The notes under the pieces were generated by a model. It had not been told where the DNA came from and ran no database searches. It saw nothing but the letters and a program-made list of their open reading frames with translations. From IMG/VR virus record IMGVR_UViG_2695420569_000017: 5,521 nucleotides of DNA. One strand, written 5' to 3'. This document shows positions 1 through 5,521 of this stretch, in pieces. How positions within the stretch are numbered: position 1 is the stretch's first letter; each line of letters begins with the position of its first letter. The DNA is from a virus. Its lineage: Duplodnaviria > Heunggongvirae > Uroviricota > Caudoviricetes. A program made the position numbers and the translations under genes.

Positions 1-1631
1 ATCCGGTCCGGCGCGGGGTGTGCGGTGATGTCCACACTCACCGGCTTACCGCTGCCGTTAATCAGGTTCACCGCCGATGTACCTGTCTCCGGCAGGGTAA
101 CCTCACGGTCCAGCGTCAGGGTGCGGGTGGCAGCATCAATGGACAGGACACGTCCGCCGGTCAGGGTCCCGGCATAGTCATTATCACAGATTTCAATAAT
201 GTCACCGGGTGTGTGCCGCAGCCCCTGAGACCCGAGCGTGAAATCCACCGTCTGCGTTTCCAGCAGTTCGGTCTTTATCACCCACAGTCCGGCACGGTGG
301 GCCTGACCGCGGCTGGTACAGCCGAACGCGTCCATCTTCAGCAGGTTGCGTCCGTAGCGCAGTATGGCTTCCGGGTCTTCCACCAGTTCCGTGGAGGTCT
401 GCCAGCCGTTCTGCGGGTCGGTGTAATTCACCTCCACCGCCGTGTGCCGGTCCTTCAGGGCACTGAAGCTGTAGCGGAACCCCACGCCGTTATCATCCAC
501 CACCACATCGCTGTTGGTGTACGGCCACACCACATCCGACAGGCGGTCCTGAACAAACGTCAGCATCTGGCCGTTCCATACCGGCATACAGCGCATCGCC
601 GAGCAGAAATCACTGAGAACATCCCACGCCTTACGCTGTTGTGCCAGGTACGCATTGAAGGTCATCCGCGGCTCGGTGCCCCCGAAGCCATCCGGCACCA
701 TCTGGTCGCAGTACTGCCCGATGGCATACAGCGCCCACTTGTCCACATCCGCCGCCCCCAGACGTTTTCCCATGCCGTAGCGCGGGTGAGTCAGCATGTC
801 CCACAGACACCAGGCCGGATTGTTGCTGTATGCCGGTTTCAGGCTGCCGTCCCAGATACCACTGTACGTGCGTTTTTCCGGGTCATAGTTTGACGGCACC
901 TGGATGATGCGACCGCGGATATGGTAGTTCACCGTCATCTGCTGACCACCAAACTGCTCCGCATCCACCTGCAGCCCCACAATCGCCGTGTTCGGGTAGC
1001 ACTGTTTCACATCGATGATTTCGGTGTATGACGACCAGAGCGTCTTATTCTGCAGCTGGTCTGTGGTGCTGTCCGCCGTCTCCCTGACCATCCGGATGTT
1101 AAAGGGCCGGGGCGGCAGATTCTCCAGAATCACCGACGCCAGGAACTGCGAGGTGGTCTTGCCGTTAATGGTGACATCCTTTTCCGTCATCCATTTACCA
1201 CCACGCTCAAGCTGAATCAGCAGGCGGACAGACGTCGGGTTACGGTCACCCTTTGAGGTGGTCTCCACCAGTGACTGCACCCCGAAGGTAACCCGCAGGC
1301 GGTCAATGTTCGCGGACGTAATGGTGCGCGTCACCGGCTTTGCCTTCGTCACTTCCACGCCCAGTCCGGTTTCAGCTCCGGAGGACTCAAAGCCTTCCGG
1401 TGGTGTCTGCTCCTGCTCCCCGGCACGCCAGACCGCAGTCATACCGTGTATCACGGGATTACCGTCCGTGCCCGTCAGCGGGGTTTTGTTCACCAGAATA
1501 CTCTGCAGGCCTTTCACCGGGCCTTCTATCGGTCCCTCACCAATCGCATCAATCACGCTCATCATCTGCGTGGATTTGAGATTATCCTTCGCCTCACGAG
1601 GCGTGTGTGCCTTACCGCCACCTTTTCCCAT
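1..1631 (-). CDS. J: Tail tip / host-specificity protein J (central tail fibre), N-terminal ~543 codons; 3' end lies beyond the window start
   Basis: Reverse-complement translation from ATG at 1631..1629 gives MGKGGGKAHTPREAKDNLKSTQMMSVIDAIGEGPIEGPVKGLQSILVNKTPLTGTDG..., which matches the N-terminus of lambda gpJ as I recall it. I hand-checked codons around 1551-1568 (QMMSVI). The frame stays open to position 1, which is why the ORF track (stop-terminated ORFs only) does not list it. Gene order after I is as in lambda. Confidence 0.9.
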   Translation of the reverse strand, partial: MGKGGGKAHTPREAKDNLKSTQMMSVIDAIGEGPIEGPVKGLQSILVNKTPLTGTDGNPVIHGMTAVWRAGEQEQTPPEGFESSGAETGLGVEVTKAKPVTRTITSANIDRLRVTFGVQSLVETTSKGDRNPTSVRLLIQLERGGKWMTEKDVTINGKTTSQFLASVILENLPPRPFNIRMVRETADSTTDQLQNKTLWSSYTEIIDVKQCYPNTAIVGLQVDAEQFGGQQMTVNYHIRGRIIQVPSNYDPEKRTYSGIWDGSLKPAYSNNPAWCLWDMLTHPRYGMGKRLGAADVDKWALYAIGQYCDQMVPDGFGGTEPRMTFNAYLAQQRKAWDVLSDFCSAMRCMPVWNGQMLTFVQDRLSDVVWPYTNSDVVVDDNGVGFRYSFSALKDRHTAVEVNYTDPQNGWQTSTELVEDPEAILRYGRNLLKMDAFGCTSRGQAHRAGLWVIKTELLETQTVDFTLGSQGLRHTPGDIIEICDNDYAGTLTGGRVLSIDAATRTLTLDREVTLPETGTSAVNLINGSGKPVSVDITAHPAPDR

Positions 1632-1737
1632 ACAGCCTTCCCCTGAATAAATTAACCGCCACTTGCCATTCCGTACAGAAGTCGGATATCCTTCGCCCGA
1701 AAAGCATGAAACACATTTCTGCCATGCTAAAGAGAAC

Positions 1738-1770
1738 CCCCGGTATCAGCAGATACCGGGGTTTTCTTTC
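1738..1770 (+). terminator. Rho-independent terminator: 10-bp GC-rich perfect stem, 4-nt loop, T-rich tail
   Basis: CCCCGGTATC (1738-1747), loop AGCA (1748-1751), GATACCGGGG (1752-1761), then TTTTCTTTC (1762-1770) on the plus strand. The minus strand has an A-rich leader and only a weak T-rich trailer, so the main activity is expected on the plus strand. Confidence 0.7.
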
Positions 1771-1836
1771 ATGCCCACCGATAATCCTGTTGGTTAAAAC
1801 CGGTAATGGCATAAAAATTCTGAATATCTTCACATT

Positions 1837-1864
1837 TTCACACACTGACTGTGGCGCTTATAAT
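1837..1864 (+). promoter_or_regulatory. Sigma70-like promoter: -35 TTCACA, 16-nt spacer, consensus -10 TATAAT
   Basis: TTCACA at 1837-1842 and perfect TATAAT at 1859-1864, with an A/T-rich upstream stretch (1811-1836, ATAAAAATTCTGAATATCTT). Predicted transcription start is near 1871. The orientation is opposite to the tail operon. Confidence 0.5.
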
Positions 1865-1870
1865 TTCGCT

Positions 1871-1968
1871 GCGTTAGTGTTTTTTTGCCCGAGTAACAAA
1901 AACAACTCCTTAACATTGATCTTCATTTGTCTGTCCCCGCAGCTCCGCGATCACTGCGGGATTTTTTT
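1871..1968 (+). ncRNA. Putative prophage-encoded small RNA (~100 nt) running from the predicted promoter to an intrinsic terminator; identity unknown
   Basis: The promoter at 1837-1864 is followed about 70 nt later by a terminator hairpin and T7 tail (1935-1968). The interval has no start codon with a ribosome-binding site and no ORF. It contains an internal T7 run (1880-1886) and a CA-rich stretch AACAAAAACAAC (1895-1906), an architecture typical of Hfq-dependent sRNAs. Boundaries are predicted, not measured. Confidence 0.45.
1935..1968 (+). terminator. Rho-independent terminator: GC-rich stem followed by a T7 tract
   Basis: CCCGCAG (1936-1942) pairs with CTGCGGG (1954-1960) around an 11-nt loop, followed by A then TTTTTTT (1962-1968) on the plus strand. 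The minus strand has no T-tract after the stem, so read-through from I to J on the minus strand is not blocked. Confidence 0.65.
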
Positions 1969-1973
1969 ATGTT

Positions 1974-2654
1974 TTATCCCTGTCGCCCGACAACCACGAC
2001 CGTTCCGCCCCCGCCTTCATCACGGGTGCTGATGTCCTGGGATATACGGCGGGAGCCAACCAGCATTTCCCCGTAAGGCACCGGCATCGGGTTCCCCTGG
2101 GCAATCATGTTATCCAGCGAGGAAAAGTACGTGTTCTGTCTGCCGTTATCCGTTGCGCGGTAATCCGGTGTTTTTGCCTTCGGGGCCAGCATCTGGGCCA
2201 CTCCGCCCAGAATCATGCTGGCTCCAAGTGAAAACAGCATCGTGGTGGCAGAAAAACCACCGGCTGCCAGGGCTGAACCCCATAACGCCATTGATGCCCC
2301 GGCAGTGAAGAAAGAGCCCACGATGGCTGCCGCCCCCAGCACAATCTGCAGTCCACCCTTTCCGGCCCCGGCCAGTCGCGGCACAATGTGGATGACCGTT
2401 CCCTCACCCAGCTGTTCGTGAAGACGGGCGTACACCGCCTCCGGTGCCGTGTCATCACCGGCAATACGTATCTGGTACCAGCCTTCGTTCATCTGACGGC
2501 GGAATCCGGGCACCTGTAACGACAGCGCCCGGATGGCTTCCGCTGCCGTGTTCACATACAGGCTGAGGCGGCTGCCAAATCGTTGTAAATCCCCGTGAAG
2601 GCAGATGCGGACCAGTGGCGGTGACGCCAGACAGAATGCGTTCGTCGTTGCCAT
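1974..2654 (-). CDS. I: Tail tip assembly protein I (226 aa)
   Basis: ORF-track protein MATTNAFCLASPPLVRICLHGDLQRFG...QNTYFSSLDNMIAQGN...GEMLVGSR closely resembles lambda gpI as I recall it (about 223 aa), including a glycine/alanine-rich hydrophobic core. ATG at 2654 is preceded by the SD-like GAGAGG. The start sits inside the 3' end of K, as in lambda. Confidence 0.9.
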   Translation of the reverse strand: MATTNAFCLASPPLVRICLHGDLQRFGSRLSLYVNTAAEAIRALSLQVPGFRRQMNEGWYQIRIAGDDTAPEAVYARLHEQLGEGTVIHIVPRLAGAGKGGLQIVLGAAAIVGSFFTAGASMALWGSALAAGGFSATTMLFSLGASMILGGVAQMLAPKAKTPDYRATDNGRQNTYFSSLDNMIAQGNPMPVPYGEMLVGSRRISQDISTRDEGGGGTVVVVGRQG

Positions 2655-3295
2655 TTTTCAGAATACCTCTCCCGTTTACTCAGTTGTTCAGGCAGATGGT
2701 GAAGCAGTTCACCGTTGCCACAGTAAATGGCGGCATGATTCGGCACCGATGCGCCAAAGCAGCACAGCAGGATATCGCCTGCCTGTGCAGAGGACGGAGA
2801 CACCCGGCAAAAGCCGTTTTCCGCCAGGTTGTCCAGGTACAGGTTCTGGCCGTTGCGCCACCAGTCATCCTCACGCACAAAATCCGGCAGCGTTATCCCC
2901 GCCAGATGGTAGGCATCCCGGAACAGGGTGTAACAGTCCGTCACCCCGTGCTCAAAGCGCCGTCCCGTCAGGTGCGGCACGCAGCGGAATTTGTGAATGT
3001 CACCCCGGCAGACCAGCCACCAGGGCAGTGCGCTTTTTATCTGCAGCCGCCGGTCAGCCTCGCTCAGCCAGGGCAGCCCACCGGGATGACTGTGGACCAG
3101 TGCCACAATCTCCCCCTGCATCTGTGCCTGCAGCCAGTCTTCCGGTGCGATACGAAAATACGCCTCCGGCTCTGCAGAAATATTCACACAAGGGATATAC
3201 CACTCCCCCTCCGGCGTGCTTATCACGAAGCCGCACGACTCCGCAGGCGCACACCGCCGGGCATGCGCCAGAATCGCTGATTCAGTCTGTGTCAT
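2552..3295 (-). CDS. K: Tail tip assembly protein K (MPN/JAMM-like plus NlpC/P60-like domains), 247 aa from the ATG at 3295
   Basis: The in-frame product MTQTESAILAHARRCAPAESCGFVISTPEGE...VALVHSHPGGLPWLSEADRR...GVTDCYTLFRDAYHLAG...NHAAIYCG matches lambda gpK. It contains a JAMM-type HxH...S..D motif and an NlpC/P60-type Cys (DCYTL) with downstream His residues. The 334-aa track ORF (2552..3556) is an N-terminal over-extension into L. The start at 3295 is the first ATG after the L stop but has a weak Shine-Dalgarno, so start-codon choice is uncertain. Confidence 0.8.
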   Translation of the reverse strand: MTQTESAILAHARRCAPAESCGFVISTPEGEWYIPCVNISAEPEAYFRIAPEDWLQAQMQGEIVALVHSHPGGLPWLSEADRRLQIKSALPWWLVCRGDIHKFRCVPHLTGRRFEHGVTDCYTLFRDAYHLAGITLPDFVREDDWWRNGQNLYLDNLAENGFCRVSPSSAQAGDILLCCFGASVPNHAAIYCGNGELLHHLPEQLSKRERYSEKWQRRTHSVWRHRHWSASAFTGIYNDLAAASACM

Positions 3296-3305
3296 AAACC
3301 GGGAT

Positions 3306-4004
3306 TTACTGCGAAAGTTTATTAATGGAAAGGAAACCGCCAAAATTAGCCACCATGCCGCGCATCTCACACCCGCGCATGCACTTGCTGCATCTGTCCT
3401 TACGGATATCCGTGGTGGGTTTATCGAACTCATCCGCCACAGCCCCGCCCGTGTAACCACACTCATCAGAGCGGTAGGTCCACATACAGGTGTTCGCCAG
3501 CATGATGCGACCGGGAAACAGCGCCCCGTCCGTCTCGGTCGGTGTGGCCAGCACAAACGAGGCTGTCATGGCCGTCAGCTCTGACATCTGCTCCACCACC
3601 CAGCGGTCGCTCAGCTCCTGCTCCGGGTCCGCTTCCGGATTGCCCGCCACAAAATTCACCGCATCCAGAAAACGGGCATACACCCGGCGGCGGACCACCG
3701 TGGCCCCCACCAGGCTCTGCAGGTCCTCCGCCATCCCGGTGACCAGACCAAACAGATTGGACACCGTCAGCGACGGTCTGGCACTGCTGCCCTTCCCGTT
3801 CATCTCAAAGCCACTGCCGTCAATCGGGTATGCCTGGTACTTCCGCCCCTGCCAGGTCACCGGCTCCCCTTTTTCATTCAGCTCATTGCAGAAAAAATAC
3901 CGCTCACCGCCCTGTACCGTCAGGTCGATTTCCCAGAGTACCACCCGCGGTGACTGCTCTGATTTAACCGACTCGCTCAGACTTTCTTCGTGAATATCCT
4001 GCAT
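3306..4004 (-). CDS. L: Minor tail / tail tip assembly protein L (232 aa)
   Basis: ORF-track protein MQDIHEESLSESVKSEQSPRVVLWEIDLTVQGGERYFFCNE... has the same length as lambda gpL (232 aa) and a cysteine-rich C-terminus (CMWTYRSDEC...CSKCMRGC). Its ATG overlaps the M stop (ATGA at 4004). Confidence 0.92.
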   Translation of the reverse strand: MQDIHEESLSESVKSEQSPRVVLWEIDLTVQGGERYFFCNELNEKGEPVTWQGRKYQAYPIDGSGFEMNGKGSSARPSLTVSNLFGLVTGMAEDLQSLVGATVVRRRVYARFLDAVNFVAGNPEADPEQELSDRWVVEQMSELTAMTASFVLATPTETDGALFPGRIMLANTCMWTYRSDECGYTGGAVADEFDKPTTDIRKDRCSKCMRGCEMRGMVANFGGFLSINKLSQ

Positions 4005-4333
4005 CAGTTCACCACCTGCTTAAACTCCGCGCTGAACTCAACGCGCAACATCCCGACCCGCGCAGACCACCCGGCACAGGTCACCTTTATCTGCCGGTAT
4101 GCATAGGGTGGCTTCCACAAAAATGCCTTCCAGCCACCGTGCTCTGCCAGGAACGCTTCCAGATGCCGGGCCTCCTCCCGGGTCACGGAAAGCGTCACCC
4201 TGTATGTTTTCAGGTCAGCATTCAGCCCTGCCGCCATACGCTGTGAGTACCCGTCACCAAAACGCACTTCACGCACCGACGGCTGCGAGTTCACCTCCAT
4301 ATCCGGCTTCACTTTCCAGCGAAAGGTTTTCAT
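4004..4333 (-). CDS. M: Minor tail protein M (109 aa)
   Basis: ORF-track protein MKTFRWKVKPDMEVNSQPSVREVRFGDGYSQRMAAGLNADLKTYRVTL... has the same length as lambda gpM (109 aa) and sits between H and L. Its ATG at 4333 overlaps the H stop (ATGA). Confidence 0.9.
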   Translation of the reverse strand: MKTFRWKVKPDMEVNSQPSVREVRFGDGYSQRMAAGLNADLKTYRVTLSVTREEARHLEAFLAEHGGWKAFLWKPPYAYRQIKVTCAGWSARVGMLRVEFSAEFKQVVN

Positions 4334-5521
4334 CCACCGCTCCCTGATAACATACCGCCATCACGCAACTGCAGCCGGAGTTCATCCTGTGCCCCCTTGC
4401 GGGCCATCTCATACACCGCTTTCATCAGCTGCGGCCCTGCCCGCCCGTTGGGGCCGTCGTTCTGAATCACCACGTGATTGTTCTGATTAAAATTAATGCC
4501 TTCCGCCCGCCGCATCTGCGCCGGACTTCCGGCACCGCCGACATAACCACCTTCCGCATAGCCCCGCATCAGGCGGTACAGATTGCCGACACCAATCCGG
4601 CTGGTCGCCTCCTTCGTGAAGACAAACTCCCCGCGATGAACAATCCCCGCAGGTTCATATTTACCCCCCCGTCCCCGTAAATCCCCCGGTCGCGAAATGG
4701 AAGTTCGCCGCCGCAGCCTGAATGGCCGTCCCCGTGGAGGCAGACGCACCACCACCGAAAGTACCGCCAATGGCGCTGCCGATACTCCCGACTATCCCCA
4801 CCATCGCCTGCTTCAGAAAAATCTCTGTCAGCATGGACAGCACAGAACGGGTGAAACCACGCCAGTTCTGTTCGCTGCCGGTCAGCATCGCTGCCATATT
4901 CTGTGCAATACCGTCAAAGGTCTGCGTGGCCGCGTTTTTAACCTGCGAAAAACTGTCCGTCGCACTTTCCGCCCACTCGCCCCAGCCGGACTTCATCCCG
5001 GCCATCCAGCTTCCACGAAGCTGCTCCTCCGCAGACCAGGTGTTCTTCAGTGCAGATGTGGCCTTCGCCAGCGCAGCCGGATTATCACCGTACACCTCAC
5101 GAAGGCGCTGCTCTTCCGACTCCCGCTGCGCCTGACGGTCGGTGAGTCCGCGGGCTTTTGCGCTGATTGCCGCCTGCTTCGCGCTCTGCTGCTGTTCAAA
5201 CCGCGCCGCCTGCTGTGCCAGCTCATTCAGCCGCTTCTGGTGTTCAATCTTGTCTCCCAGCTCAGCCAGCTGGCGTTTGTACTCCAGCGTCTCTTTCTCA
5301 TGAGCCAGCAGGGATTTTTCCTGCTCAGATAACTGCCGTTTCGTGGCGGCCTCTTTCAGGACCACATACTGATTTTCCGCTTCCCATAAATCCCGGCGCT
5401 GCTGGCTGATTTTCTCATTCACACCGCTGTGTTTTTCCAGCGTCCTGAGCTCGGTTTCAAGCGCCAGCATGGCTGCATGCGCCCGGTCTTCCTGGCGCTC
5501 ACCGGCAGACACCTTCACACC
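4330..5521 (-). CDS. H: Tail tape measure protein H, C-terminal portion (5' end beyond window); reading frame interrupted by an apparent +1 frameshift in a G7 run at 4664-4670
   Basis: Two adjacent minus-strand ORFs in different frames (4661..5518 and 4330..4770) together reproduce the lambda gpH C-terminal region: ...ATGGFTGTGG ends at a stop in one frame and GGKYEPAGIVHRGEFVFTKEATSRIGVGNLYRLMRGYA... continues in the other. Removing one G from the G7 run (C7 on the plus strand) restores ...FTGTGGKYEPAGIV.... The upstream part is Q/E/K-rich and coiled-coil-like, typical of tape measure proteins. Confidence 0.8.

Larger units (their letters stand above)
1632..1973. other. Expanded, AT-rich I-J intergenic insert (moron-like) carrying a plus-strand promoter and two intrinsic terminators
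   Basis: About 340 bp lie between the J start (1631) and the I stop (1974-1976); the corresponding lambda gap is about 60 bp from memory. The segment around 1771-1930 is visibly AT-rich compared with the GC-rich flanking tail genes. No convincing ORF is present. Confidence 0.6.

Noticed and set aside
18-893. 291-aa plus-strand ORF (also 1015..1215, 1258..1650, 1340..1579, 1446..1646 on the plus strand)
   Set aside because: These lie antisense to the well-supported J coding sequence, in GC-rich DNA where long antisense ORFs arise by chance. Their products are Arg/Pro/His-rich and low-complexity.
1612-1845. 77-aa minus-strand ORF in the I-J intergenic region (possible small moron protein in the tail-operon orientation)
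   Set aside because: It has a GTG start inside the plus-strand promoter, runs through the terminator hairpin, overlaps the J start out of frame, and has no recognisable RBS. Homolog conservation was not checked, so it is not fully excluded.
1607-2032. 141-aa plus-strand ORF spanning the I-J intergenic insert
   Set aside because: It reads straight through two intrinsic terminators and the predicted promoter, has no Shine-Dalgarno before its ATG (1706), and continues antisense into I. The region is better explained as non-coding.
1974-2654. Minus-strand ORFs 2213..2464 and 2680..2880, and plus-strand ORF 2215..2421, nested in I or K
   Set aside because: They are alternative frames within genes already well explained by I and K, and their translations are low-complexity.
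2605-3297. 230-aa and 221-aa plus-strand ORFs (2605..3297, 2615..3280), plus 3216..3584, 3490..3993, 3542..3742, 4099..4347, 4474..4680, 4697..5332, 4722..5135 and 5167..5409 on the plus strand
   Set aside because: All are antisense to K, L, M or H and have Arg/Pro/Ala-rich low-complexity translations typical of antisense frames in GC-rich genes.
2552-3556. 334-aa minus-strand ORF as the full K protein
   Set aside because: Its first 87 codons overlap the 3' end of L in another frame. Similarity to gpK begins at MTQTES (ATG at 3295), so the long ORF is an upstream over-extension.
1-5521. CRISPR array, tRNA, integrase, att site or IS element
   Set aside because: I saw no spacer-repeat periodicity, no cloverleaf-compatible segment, and no recombinase-like ORF. 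The only notable palindromes are the two terminator hairpins.

Overview
This window is the distal tail-assembly module of a lambda-like (lambdoid) siphovirus or prophage, with every gene on the minus strand in the lambda order H (tape measure, 3' part) - M - L - K - I - J (host-specificity protein, 5' part). Identifications rest on my own translations compared with phage lambda proteins recalled from memory; no database search was run. J does not appear in the supplied ORF track only because its stop lies beyond position 1; reverse-complement translation from the ATG at 1631 gives a clean J N-terminus. Two things depart from the lambda layout. (1) The I-J intergenic region is about 340 bp (roughly 60 bp in lambda as I recall) and is AT-rich. 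It carries, on the plus strand (antisense to the tail operon), a near-consensus sigma70-type promoter and two intrinsic terminators but no credible ORF, so it most likely encodes a ~100-nt small RNA (a moron-like sRNA locus). (2) The tape-measure gene H is split between two reading frames at a C7/G7 homopolymer (4664-4670); one extra G explains it, so it is either a homopolymer sequencing error or a real inactivating frameshift. Plus-strand ORFs in the track that lie antisense to the tail genes are treated as GC-rich artefacts. No tRNA, rRNA, CRISPR array, IS element or integrase was seen.
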